A stretch of 37,622 bases of DNA from a virus (IMGVR_UViG_3300032274_000023:1-37622); one strand, 5' to 3'. Shown: positions 26,866 through 34,903, counted from the stretch's first letter. A program made the numbers and translations. The notes: a model not told the origin generated them from the sequence alone.

Positions 26866-27667
26866 CTTCCGGTAAATCCGGTAAATCTGGATAATGCGCC
26901 ACTCTAAAAGCGCGTGATTTAATCATATCCTTCTCTGTCTTGGTAAAGCATGAGCCTTTTGTGACCGCTACCCATAAATCCTTTTTAGTCTCGTCATCCA
27001 ATTCAAACCAAGCCTCTGCTGCTGCTTCAAGGTCATCAATCTTAATCCCTTCCTTAATGGCTATGATTGAATCAATATTATCCATCGTGGCCAGCATGTG
27101 CGCTGTGAACCGTTGGTATAAAACAGTCGGGGATTCAAACTCGCTCACTGATTGCGCGTCATCATCTTGGTCTCCTGTTAAGATTCCGAGAGCGTTGCAA
27201 AATGCATATCTTTTAGCAAATGTTGAGGCTGAGCCACCCTTTTGAGCGTCACCCATAAAAGCATCTTTATCAATAACAGTACTGAATGAGCTTGTTTCAG
27301 TGTGGCCGCTAATATGATGCACCTCACAATGCTGTATAATGCCGCCCTCTGTTGTTTCAGCTTTAAAGATATAACTTAACCCGTTATCTTTTAAAATCCC
27401 TGATACCTGCTGCACAATAGAATCAAGCGGGGCGAATTTATAGCGAACCGTCCGACCGTCTTTATTCTTAACTTCTTTTGTCTTTTTGATAATCGGGCAT
27501 TCAGACTGAAACTTAGCCAGAGCATTAAAAAACAGTTCCCTTGCTTGCTCGGCTTTCATATCTTTAGCTAAAGCGAATAGTCGCTCCATTGTCCCTACAT
27601 CTGCATTGCTTGTCATACCCTGCATCAATAAGGCTTGTGTGTCTATTACTTGTAATTCTTGTGACAT
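26858..27667 (-). CDS. erf: ERF-family ssDNA-annealing recombinase
   Basis: ALAKFQ, YKFAPLDSI, H.SGH, and Q..GSASTFAKRYA....LGI...DDDA ERF signature. Confidence 0.92.
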   Translation of the reverse strand: MSQELQVIDTQALLMQGMTSNADVGTMERLFALAKDMKAEQARELFFNALAKFQSECPIIKKTKEVKNKDGRTVRYKFAPLDSIVQQVSGILKDNGLSYIFKAETTEGGIIQHCEVHHISGHTETSSFSTVIDKDAFMGDAQKGGSASTFAKRYAFCNALGILTGDQDDDAQSVSEFESPTVLYQRFTAHMLATMDNIDSIIAIKEGIKIDDLEAAAEAWFELDDETKKDLWVAVTKGSCFTKTEKDMIKSRAFRVAHYPDLPDLPEDA

Positions 27668-27678
27668 TTTATTACCCC

Positions 27679-28038
27679 TTAAATTAATTCTTTGTTTTTT
27701 GCTTGCTCGAATCTCGCAGCCCGTAATACCAGCTTAACCGAATGAAGGAGTCCTTCGGTGTTATTGGCATCAGCAAAGTGGACTATATCGTCTGTATTAG
27801 CTTGTAAGGCTGTTTCTAGGTGGTCATCGTCAAACTCTTGGCTTTCCTCAAGACGGTCTAATTCAGCTTGTACGGCCTTCACAGCGTTACAATCATAGTT
27901 ATCTGTAACCATGCACTCGGGGTGCGCTTCTTCGTCGTCATGCTCAGGGAAGACCTTTCGGTGCCCGCAATCCGCGCAATGCTTAGACATGCCGCTCCAT
28001 GCCTCGTCCTTTAAAGTATCTGCTTGTTGTATATTCAC
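27679..28038 (-). CDS. Hypothetical protein
   Basis: 119 aa, GTG start with AGGGG SD, downstream of a predicted promoter. Confidence 0.7.
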   Translation of the reverse strand: MNIQQADTLKDEAWSGMSKHCADCGHRKVFPEHDDEEAHPECMVTDNYDCNAVKAVQAELDRLEESQEFDDDHLETALQANTDDIVHFADANNTEGLLHSVKLVLRAARFEQAKNKELI

Positions 28039-28070
28039 TTTGTTTCCCCTGTATTTAATTCGTATTAAAG

Positions 28071-28099
28071 ATTGTAGTATAAATAATACTAGTTTGCAA
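28071..28099 (-). promoter_or_regulatory. Leftward sigma70 promoter containing a 17-bp operator (28075-28091)
   Basis: TTGCAA-17-TACAAT on the minus strand; palindrome TAGTAT-N5-ATACTA. Confidence 0.7.
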
Positions 28100-28134
28100 G
28101 TAATGAATTAAATATTTATTTAATAATTTCTGCC

Positions 28135-28155
28135 TGTGGATAACTCTGTTAATAA
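28135..28155. promoter_or_regulatory. Tandem DnaA-box-like sites next to an AT-rich tract
   Basis: TGTGGATAA (exact reverse complement of TTATCCACA) and TGTTAATAA, 3 nt apart. Confidence 0.45.
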
Positions 28156-28281
28156 GTGGCAATATCTTAATATTATGATATGCTTACGTATAACTTACTT
28201 ATCCCCTTACGGGGTGACTTATGGAAATGGAACTACTTATTAAACTAGCTTCACAAGGCAATGCAGCCGCGATTCAAATCC

Positions 28282-29250
28282 TTATCGAGAAGGGAGTTCT
28301 TCACACGTCTGTACGAAAGGCTGCGTAGATTCAACTTCCATTATTGCTCTACCTATTAATTCAGGGATTTGGGGAACCACTGCATTTCCTAATCCTTTAA
28401 TTCTGTCCACCCGGTAGGAAAGCCCATCAGAGTCTCTACGAATTGTGGGTTTAATAGAATCGAGTAATCCAAAGGGGGTAAACCTTGTTTTATCAGTTTT
28501 TGATTCTCTAAGTAACTCGCGCAGTCTCCGAGTGAGTTTGTCATCGGGTTTCTGTTCGTTAATTCCATTGTCGTGTGTTTTCTCGGCCTGTTCTTGTCGC
28601 TGACTGTTGGCGTGGGCCATATTTTCTGCGTTACTTGGTCTCGAAGATTCGCCGGCTGACTTCTCCCCTTCCGTGTCACTTCCATCTCCCGCTTGATTGC
28701 CTTCTCTGATTTCGGCGGCATTCCATCCAATGTGTTTGGGGTAGCAAATAACCCAGACCCTATCTCTATGATGGTGCGCGTCAAGTTCGGAAGCCGATAT
28801 GCAGTGCCATTCGCAGTCATACCCGATCTCGGCCAAGTCTCCAAGAACTCTGCCAAACCACCGGCCTGAGTCTCCACTAATGAGTGCTGTGACGTTCTCC
28901 ACGATTGCGTATTTAGGTCGTACCTCGCTAATAATTCGGCAGAGTTCACCCCATAATCCACTTCTTTCGCCTGTGATGCCTTTTTGATTCCCTGCAACCG
29001 AGATGTCTTGACAGGGGAAACCTCCGCAAACAACGTCTGGTCGAATCCCATCTGCATCAAGTCTTCGTTTTGTGACATTTCTAACATCCTCATAAATCGG
29101 CACACCTGGCCAATGTTTAGCTAAAACCTTTCGCGGGAAATCTTCAATCTCACAAAAAGCAACTGTTTTCATTCCAGCGCGCTCTAACCCTAAAGAGAAA
29201 CCGCCTATCCCGCTAAATAGGTCTAACACATTCCCTTTAAACTCACGCAT
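28282..29250 (-). CDS. dcm: C5 cytosine DNA methyltransferase, large (alpha) chain
   Basis: Motif I DLFSGIGG, IV GGFPCQDIS, VI ENV, VIII HHRDRVW, X GLGNAVVP. No GFP-containing motif IX in this frame. Confidence 0.93.
   Translation of the reverse strand: MREFKGNVLDLFSGIGGFSLGLERAGMKTVAFCEIEDFPRKVLAKHWPGVPIYEDVRNVTKRRLDADGIRPDVVCGGFPCQDISVAGNQKGITGERSGLWGELCRIISEVRPKYAIVENVTALISGDSGRWFGRVLGDLAEIGYDCEWHCISASELDAHHHRDRVWVICYPKHIGWNAAEIREGNQAGDGSDTEGEKSAGESSRPSNAENMAHANSQRQEQAEKTHDNGINEQKPDDKLTRRLRELLRESKTDKTRFTPFGLLDSIKPTIRRDSDGLSYRVDRIKGLGNAVVPQIPELIGRAIMEVESTQPFVQTCEELPSR
28389..29078 (-). CDS. Nested alternative-frame ORF, putative beta chain of the methyltransferase (motif IX)
   Basis: Long open frame inside dcm; GAGGA 8 nt before ATG 29078; WPRSG, WPTP and LNPQFVETLMGFPTGWT. 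Confidence 0.75.
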   Translation of the reverse strand: MSQNEDLMQMGFDQTLFAEVSPVKTSRLQGIKKASQAKEVDYGVNSAELLARYDLNTQSWRTSQHSLVETQAGGLAEFLETWPRSGMTANGTAYRLPNLTRTIIEIGSGLFATPNTLDGMPPKSEKAIKREMEVTRKGRSQPANLRDQVTQKIWPTPTVSDKNRPRKHTTMELTNRNPMTNSLGDCASYLENQKLIKQGLPPLDYSILLNPQFVETLMGFPTGWTELKD

Positions 29251-29356
29251 AAAACACCACACCCCCTATCCAAGCAACCGCAATAAAAATAAGGGCTAAA
29301 CATATCCCGTCGAGTATGGGAGTAGGCTTTGGGTCTGGTTTGTTGAAATCAATCAT
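29243..29356 (-). CDS. Small single-TM peptide (37 aa)
   Basis: AGGA SD; ICLALIFIAVAWIGGVVFYA. Confidence 0.55.
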   Translation of the reverse strand: MIDFNKPDPKPTPILDGICLALIFIAVAWIGGVVFYA

Positions 29357-29689
29357 TTAACTATCCTTTTGGTTGTTTAGGGCTTGCTTCAGGTCGCGTA
29401 ATTCGATGCGCAGCGTTGCTTCTGGACAAGTTGATTCCATTACATTGTCAATAGCTCTTGTTTGATCGCACAAATTAAACGCGGCGTACTCTAGCCCTGA
29501 TATGCTTAAAGTTATTGCTCGTTGCAACCTCTCCACCTCAACCGTTAAAGCGGTGTTTTGGGCTTGGAGGTCTTCTGTTTCATTTTTAATCATCATTGAT
29601 AAGTCTTGCAGCTCAATTTCTAACGCGGAACCACAATAATTATCTAGCTGTAAACTTAAATCCCATGCTTTTTGCTTTGCTTCACTCAT
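29357..29689 (-). CDS. Hypothetical coiled-coil protein
   Basis: 110-aa ORF. Confidence 0.7.
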   Translation of the reverse strand: MSEAKQKAWDLSLQLDNYCGSALEIELQDLSMMIKNETEDLQAQNTALTVEVERLQRAITLSISGLEYAAFNLCDQTRAIDNVMESTCPEATLRIELRDLKQALNNQKDS

Positions 29690-29701
29690 AATCTTTAACC
29701 C

Positions 29702-29929
29702 CTAGTTGTTTAAAACTCTATCTTCAATAGCTTTCCATGTAGGCACATATTCAGGCCAGTCACTCTCAACAACTACACACTGAAAAGGCTTCTTCTCATC
29801 GTTGACGCGGCCTCTATCTATTTTTGCCGCGTAACCCTCTAGTCCAATTCGATCTAGTTCATTTAGATATCTTTCGGCATCAGATAACTTAATAACTAAA
29901 TATCTATTTTCTCGTTTAAACTCACTCAT
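29702..29929 (-). CDS. Conserved phage protein
   Basis: FKRENRYLVIK...CVVVESDWPEY...W..IE.R. Confidence 0.8.
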   Translation of the reverse strand: MSEFKRENRYLVIKLSDAERYLNELDRIGLEGYAAKIDRGRVNDEKKPFQCVVVESDWPEYVPTWKAIEDRVLNN

Positions 29930-29966
29930 CTTCTCTCTCCTGTAGGGCTATCCCCTTAGCTATCTG

Positions 29967-30338
29967 TTATTTATTAATATATTCATTTGCTACGTTCGCC
30001 CATATAACGGCTGCATTTTTTTCATTATCAACTTTTAGGGCTTGGATTCCCTTTGGCTCGAAACTAAACCCATCACCAATACCAAGAACCCATATGTGTT
30101 TTCCTTTCATTTCAGAGAAATCGTTAACATCTAAAGCGATTAATACTCTCCTGATCATTTCACACCCGTAAGCAGTACCAACCCTTTCTTTTTTTTCTGT
30201 ATTGTATTCATCTAACGCGATACCTCCTAAGCCTTGGGATAGTCCATCTTCGTAGTCAACCTGTATCCAAAAACTAAGGATGCCTCTCTCCTTGATATCT
30301 AATGCCGCGCTTGTTATTTTTGCTAATTTCTTATCCAT
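29967..30338 (-). CDS. Hypothetical protein
   Basis: 123 aa, GGGG SD. Confidence 0.75.
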   Translation of the reverse strand: MDKKLAKITSAALDIKERGILSFWIQVDYEDGLSQGLGGIALDEYNTEKKERVGTAYGCEMIRRVLIALDVNDFSEMKGKHIWVLGIGDGFSFEPKGIQALKVDNEKNAAVIWANVANEYINK

Positions 30339-30362
30339 TGTATTTCCCCTAGTTACTATTAC

Positions 30363-30563
30363 TTATCTGTTAATCGAAACCAGCCCTTCATCTTTTGCTC
30401 TTTGGAGTGCTTTATCAAAATCAGGTAACTTAGCCTCATTATTCAATTCACTCCACTCACTGTAAAATTCTTCGACGCTATCTATAAACTTCTGTGCAAA
30501 CTCATCTTTCGGCATAAAATCTATGTTCATATTAACTATTCCTTTATCTGTAATGGTGTTCAT
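30363..30563 (-). CDS. Hypothetical protein
   Basis: 66 aa, GAGGA SD. Confidence 0.65.
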   Translation of the reverse strand: MNTITDKGIVNMNIDFMPKDEFAQKFIDSVEEFYSEWSELNNEAKLPDFDKALQRAKDEGLVSINR

Positions 30564-30827
30564 TTAATTATCCTCTGTATCATTCAGGTAGAAATCGTCA
30601 TCCCCTTGTTTAGGTATTGTTGCGACTAAAGCGCGAACCGCATCAACGATGTCATCAACTTCAAATTCACGTCTGTTATCACCTAATGAGCACCTAATAC
30701 GATGTACGGCTGTTTTCCATCTATCCTTACGAACAACTAACCCATCGTCACGAAATTCATACTCGCTTGGATCTTTACCTTGAAATTCTGGCTTTCTGAA
30801 ATCATTTTCTGTAACTTCTCGCTTCAT
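30564..30827 (-). CDS. Hypothetical protein
   Basis: 87 aa, GAGGA SD. Confidence 0.75.
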   Translation of the reverse strand: MKREVTENDFRKPEFQGKDPSEYEFRDDGLVVRKDRWKTAVHRIRCSLGDNRREFEVDDIVDAVRALVATIPKQGDDDFYLNDTEDN

Positions 30828-30894
30828 AAATCCTCACTTATAAGTATATAGTTCACCTCTAAAGTCTTTAGGGGTTATCTCTTCTGTTATGGTG

Positions 30895-31296
30895 TTATTT
30901 AAAATACCGCTTTACAGCTAGATATAGCTTCATGTGCCAAGGTTTTTCAAGGTATTTAATGTGGCCTGCTAGCTTTACATTTCTATCTTTTAGGGTGACT
31001 ACTTCTCGTCTTACATGTTTTAGATGAGACTCAAAATACTTAATTTGTTTATCGCGTACGAACGGCATATAAATAACCGATTCAACGTAACCCCTATCTT
31101 CATAGGTCGTTGTTTTTATAAGGCCTTCTACGCTATCCAAGAGCTGCCGTTTAGTTCTCATTTCAGCCATTTCAGCCATATCCACAGAACAGTTCGGATA
31201 TTCTCTCTCAATATTGTATCGAGCGTGTAAATCCATTAACCCGATAACGACTTGTCTAATTTCTTCGGTTTCATTAATTATATATTCTGTATTCAT
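30895..31296 (-). CDS. Hypothetical protein
   Basis: GAGGG SD supports ATG 31296, just after the P-like stop. Confidence 0.7.
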   Translation of the reverse strand: MNTEYIINETEEIRQVVIGLMDLHARYNIEREYPNCSVDMAEMAEMRTKRQLLDSVEGLIKTTTYEDRGYVESVIYMPFVRDKQIKYFESHLKHVRREVVTLKDRNVKLAGHIKYLEKPWHMKLYLAVKRYFK

Positions 31297-31297
31297 A

Positions 31298-31753
31298 TTA
31301 CCCTCTAACCTTAAGCTGACTGAAAAACTCATTCGCTAACTTTTTACGTCTGTCCTTTACATCATCAGACTCTAATAATCTATTTGGTGCGAATTCACGG
31401 TGATAAGGTGGTGTATAATCCAATCCTAAGTCGTTTGCAACGGTTCCTAAGCAAGCCTTTCTAAATTCAGGTGCGCTAGGCGGCCAATCACCTTTCCAAG
31501 CCTCTAAGCCTGTCTTAACTTGCTCACCGGTCAATCCATCAAGTTCATTAGACCATTCTGTAATTGCTGTGTTTTCTATACCTTCGATACCACTTGTCCA
31601 TTTGTGAGAGTATCTAGCTTGGAATTTCTCGAATATCGCTGCTACCCACATTTTCGGCATACCCGTTCTGCTCGAAGTCTTCTCTTGCGATTTCTCTAAC
31701 CCTATCGCTAACTTTTTGTGCTCTTGATCTAAAGTTATCTTTATTTTGTCCAT
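31298..31753 (-). CDS. Replication protein P-like (helicase loader)
   Basis: W...L.GLT..Q...GL......WPPSAPEFR..C motif, downstream of the initiator. Confidence 0.75.
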   Translation of the reverse strand: MDKIKITLDQEHKKLAIGLEKSQEKTSSRTGMPKMWVAAIFEKFQARYSHKWTSGIEGIENTAITEWSNELDGLTGEQVKTGLEAWKGDWPPSAPEFRKACLGTVANDLGLDYTPPYHREFAPNRLLESDDVKDRRKKLANEFFSQLKVRG

Positions 31754-32372
31754 TACTATTTTCCTCTTTTAAATCGAATACGCCCTTCCATCCGTTTTCT
31801 ATGGATTGACTGAGTACCGCATTTGCTTGATGTGATTGTTTTTCAAGTTTGCCAATAATTAACGCTTTTGCTCTATCAGTCATTGGGGCTTTTAGTTTCT
31901 GCCTGTGTTCAACAAACGTTGCCCATATTTCAGAATCAATCCATTCAGGAAGAACAAATGTTTTCTTCTTTGGTCTTGTGTCTTGTGTCTTGTGTCTTGT
32001 GTCTTGTGTAGCATTGCCTTCGCATTCCGTTTGCAATGCGTTCGCATCACTAGAAGCCTTTGCCCATCTAGCTTTTGCCGATTCTCTTGCTTTTGATGAT
32101 TTTTCGTTTACTTTACTTATTTCCATAAAAACGCGTTTGTTAATGTAATTACCGTCTTTATCGGTAGTGAAAAATTCACGCAATACGGATGCAATGCAGT
32201 CGCTATGCGTTCGCATACGAATCAATCTAGCTATATCTTTTTTGTCTTTTGGTAATGGTGACTCGTGGAGATAGCACCAATCAAGCATTCGCCTATAAGC
32301 CAAATCTTCAAGTGGCTCTAGGTGTTCAGTGTGGCTTTTATAGTCACTAATATTGAATTGGTAATAATGCAC
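31614..32372 (-). CDS. Replication initiator (YdaU/DUF1376 family, O-like)
   Basis: MHYYQFNISDY...T.HL..LEDLAYRRMLD..Y..E.PL, A..RW; C-terminal LPEWID...W..F..HR...SIENGWKG.F. Confidence 0.9.
   Translation of the reverse strand: MHYYQFNISDYKSHTEHLEPLEDLAYRRMLDWCYLHESPLPKDKKDIARLIRMRTHSDCIASVLREFFTTDKDGNYINKRVFMEISKVNEKSSKARESAKARWAKASSDANALQTECEGNATQDTRHKTQDTRPKKKTFVLPEWIDSEIWATFVEHRQKLKAPMTDRAKALIIGKLEKQSHQANAVLSQSIENGWKGVFDLKEENSNGQNKDNFRSRAQKVSDRVREIAREDFEQNGYAENVGSSDIREIPS
31973..32007. repeat. 5 x GTCTTGT tandem repeat within the initiator gene; likely origin region
   Basis: Five exact heptamers. Nearby ATGCGTTCGCAT occurs twice (about 32036 and 32205). Confidence 0.85.
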
Positions 32373-32374
32373 GT

Positions 32375-32539
32375 CTACGCCTTGGTGCTAATTACTTGAG
32401 TTACCGCCAATCTAGTAAGCTCACCTATAGAAATACCCTTTTTATCTGCAAAGCTTTTAGCTTTCTTATGTAAATTCTCATCCCACATAACCAGAACACG
32501 TCTAGTTTTTAACTCTTCTTTTGGTTTAATGTCTATCAT
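32375..32539 (-). CDS. Ribbon-helix-helix (Arc/CopG-like) regulator, 54 aa (not in ORF track)
   Basis: RRVLVMWDENLHKKAKSFADKKGISIGELTRLAV fits the RHH pattern. Confidence 0.8.
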   Translation of the reverse strand: MIDIKPKEELKTRRVLVMWDENLHKKAKSFADKKGISIGELTRLAVTQVISTKA

Positions 32540-32569
32540 TTCTAATTACCTATAATTATATGTGTATGT

Positions 32570-32597
32570 ATAGTAGCACAAGAAAATTAGAATGCAA
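32570..32597 (-). promoter_or_regulatory. Leftward promoter for the RHH-O-P operon
   Basis: TTGCAT-16-TACTAT with TGn extension. Confidence 0.55.
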
Positions 32598-32677
32598 CTA
32601 CTATCTGTTATTCTATTTCACACACGTATTATCGCAACCGTCAGCTATTCGTAGCGGTCGGGTTTATAAGGAGGTTG

Positions 32678-32706
32678 TTGACAAAAGGAAGGAATTGATT
32701 GATACT
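32678..32706 (+). promoter_or_regulatory. Strong sigma70 promoter for an antisense small RNA
   Basis: TTGACA-17-GATACT, the same hexamers as lambda pL. Confidence 0.8.
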
Positions 32707-32712
32707 TTCTTC

Positions 32713-32784
32713 TGTCAGCGGCCACGAACCCGACAATTTAAAGATACCCTTGTTTCAGAGATGACTCAAGGGTTTTCTTTTTTT
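32713..32784 (+). ncRNA. Candidate ~70-nt antisense sRNA (OOP-like position)
   Basis: Lies between that promoter and terminator CCCTTG...CAAGGG-TTTTCTTTTTTT; no credible ORF. Confidence 0.6.
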
Positions 32785-32794
32785 ATAGTAATAT

Positions 32795-33367
32795 TTATTT
32801 CATAGTTACATTTCGGTTGTTCAAGGTTTCAGAATAATCTCCACCAAACTCCCTTTTATAACGCTCTATTATGTTCTCAGTGCAGGTAACAATTTCCACG
32901 TTATTTATTGAATAAGCGCCCTTATCACCATACCTGGACATCACAAATTGACCCTTATTCCGGCCTCTTTTATGGAACTTACCCTCCCAAACAGCCCACC
33001 ATTCAGTGAGCGTTAAATCCCATTTTATATTTCTTTTTCTTGCGTTTTTTCTTTGCTGTATAAATTTCCATAAGGGGGAGCGCCTATAATTATCTCCTTT
33101 TAGCTCTAAATACAAAGCTACAGAGCATCCAAACTGTGCATATGTTCTTTTTTCCTTGGCCTTTATTTCACGATGTTTATTCTTAATTTTCATAAGAGGT
33201 CTGCCGCCATCGAGCCTAGATATTCCATTCTCTTTTACAACCTGCCTAACTCTCTCGCGGTTTAGCGAATAAAAAGCGCCTATTTCTGTCAAGCAAAAGC
33301 CATATAGAAATAAATCTATCATTTCTAAATCTCTAGTTTGGCGCGCTAATTCTTTAATTGAAGCCAT
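32795..33367 (-). CDS. Sigma70-region-4-like HTH plus HNH-like nuclease domain protein
   Basis: LTEIGAFYSLNRERVRQV HTH; NARKRNI.W.LT..EWW and MSRYGDKGAYS..NV.I.T..EN. Confidence 0.75.
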   Translation of the reverse strand: MASIKELARQTRDLEMIDLFLYGFCLTEIGAFYSLNRERVRQVVKENGISRLDGGRPLMKIKNKHREIKAKEKRTYAQFGCSVALYLELKGDNYRRSPLWKFIQQRKNARKRNIKWDLTLTEWWAVWEGKFHKRGRNKGQFVMSRYGDKGAYSINNVEIVTCTENIIERYKREFGGDYSETLNNRNVTMK

Positions 33368-33440
33368 AGTAAACCCTCTCTTTTAAATGAAAGGCTTTTA
33401 GCGAATTGATTATTTACAGATAGGTGGTGTATAATTTCCC

Positions 33441-33547
33441 TATCAGGTGCTCGCTAAAGTTGCCTGATAAACCACATACTAACACCCCATCGCAATTCAT
33501 TGCAACTAGTATGTAAAGCCTCTTGATTAAACCCTTGAGGCTTTTTT
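33441..33547 (+). ncRNA. Candidate ~105-nt antisense RNA to the leader of the HTH-HNH gene
   Basis: Promoter TTGATT-18-TATAAT (33406-33435), hairpin TATCAGG...CCTGATA, terminator 33515-33547. Confidence 0.55.
33515..33547 (+). terminator. Intrinsic terminator
   Basis: AAAGCCTC...GAGGCTTTTTT. Confidence 0.75.
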
Positions 33548-33606
33548 AATGCTATAATAAAATTGAATCATAACCATTAATCTAAATAAATAATTGGAGA
33601 ATACAA

Positions 33607-33900
33607 ATGCAAGACTATGAAACAGAAATCAAAGAAAAGGGGCTAACTGCTGCCAGAGTAACCCCAGAGCGGTTAGAAGAAGTTATCAGTTCTGAGCAGT
33701 ATCATTTATTTGATGGTAGTCAGTTAACTGTCTGCGTGCTTACCCTTCAAAACGGCTTTACCGTTGTCGGTGAAAGTGCTTGCGCTAGCCCTGAGAACTT
33801 CAATAAAGAACTAGGCCGTAAAATAGCAAGAGACCATGCTAAAAACAAAATATGGGCTTTAGAAGGCTATTTGTTAAAGCAAAAGTTATCTGAGCAATAA
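33607..33900 (+). CDS. Gp49/66-family phage protein in a self-contained (moron-like) unit
   Basis: TVCVLTLQNGFTVVGESACASPENFNKELGRKIA...IWALEGYLLK; own TGCTATAAT promoter (33550-33558), GGAG SD and terminator. Confidence 0.9.
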   Translation: MQDYETEIKEKGLTAARVTPERLEEVISSEQYHLFDGSQLTVCVLTLQNGFTVVGESACASPENFNKELGRKIARDHAKNKIWALEGYLLKQKLSEQ

Positions 33901-33909
33901 GATGATAAG

Positions 33910-33939
33910 CCCCGTTCAATTCGTTGTTCGGGATTTTTT
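33910..33939 (+). terminator. Intrinsic terminator after the gp49-like gene
   Basis: CCCG..CAA-TTCG-TTG..CGGG followed by T6. Confidence 0.65.
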
Positions 33940-34072
33940 AATTGTGTTATAATTACACCGCAATCATACATAGCTCTACTGAAAAGTAGTGATTGTGCCG
34001 CCCGATGGGTTCCAGGCGACCTGGCATAACCAAGAGCAGAGCATTTTATTTAGTTATCACTGCTATAGGGGT

Positions 34073-34303
34073 TTATCCCTCAGCCTCGTTAATTAATCGG
34101 CTTATCAGCGTCTCATCTTCATCCGAGACATTCATAGGCCAATCACTATAGGCACGAGATAGAGCTAGTAACGCCTTGTTTAAATCTCTTATTCGTTTGC
34201 TTGCTTGCACATATCGAGAATAACGCTGCTGCTCATCAATAAACCCATTATCCCATAATTCCGGTGGCAGATTTAAAACGCCATGTAATATAAAATCACT
34301 CAC
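34073..34303 (-). CDS. Hypothetical protein
   Basis: 76 aa, GTGA overlap. Confidence 0.7.
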   Translation of the reverse strand: MSDFILHGVLNLPPELWDNGFIDEQQRYSRYVQASKRIRDLNKALLALSRAYSDWPMNVSDEDETLISRLINEAEG

Positions 34304-34635
34304 ACCCCACCCCCTACACTCTCAGCTTGTTTAATGGCTCTTTCAAGATTATCGTACACACTAAATCCTTCTTTGTAGTGCGGCAAATATAGCTTCATGT
34401 GTTCATGCGCTAACCATAAAGAGCCCTTCATTAAATCATGGTCATCCCCTATTGTAATGCTAGGGGTTACATCTATTGTCGTTAGGCTTGGTCTAATAAC
34501 CCATCTGTCGGATATATCTCCGTCTATAAAATGATCTCTATAACCTTTGCAACCACCAATTCTGCACGAACTGCAATAACGGTACACTCTATTATCAAAC
34601 AAGCATGTATCGCAATTTATTATTACTTTATCCAT
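34300..34635 (-). CDS. Cys-rich hypothetical protein
   Basis: CDTC...CSSC; GGGGG SD. Confidence 0.7.
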   Translation of the reverse strand: MDKVIINCDTCLFDNRVYRYCSSCRIGGCKGYRDHFIDGDISDRWVIRPSLTTIDVTPSITIGDDHDLMKGSLWLAHEHMKLYLPHYKEGFSVYDNLERAIKQAESVGGGV

Positions 34636-34903
34636 CCTAACCCCCTACACTTAAATAATTAACAATCTCTACAATCCAGTTAAATATCGACAAGCTAACC
34701 ACAGCCGATACCAGTAATATTAATACCAGTAAACATGAATCTTTAGGTTTTATTTGCTGCATTTTAATCCCCCTCATGAAAGAACAAGTCTATTTTATGC
34801 TCTTTCTCCATGTGAAGTAATAGCATTACCAAGCCATAGACCGCACAGCAAGATGCTAGCATTACCAATCCGTATATTAATTCCCATGTCATAAATTACC
34901 CCT

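Noticed and set aside
28282-29250. Restriction-modification system
   Set aside because: No cognate endonuclease nearby; flanked by a small TM peptide and intergenic DNA.
31973-32007. CRISPR-like array
   Set aside because: Contiguous 7-mers without spacers; no cas genes.
32560-32805. 81-aa + strand ORF
   Set aside because: It runs across a promoter and terminator and has no SD; better explained as a regulatory RNA region.
33976-33990. Hammerhead ribozyme core
   Set aside because: CTGAAAA does not match CUGANGA and the three-stem junction cannot be built.
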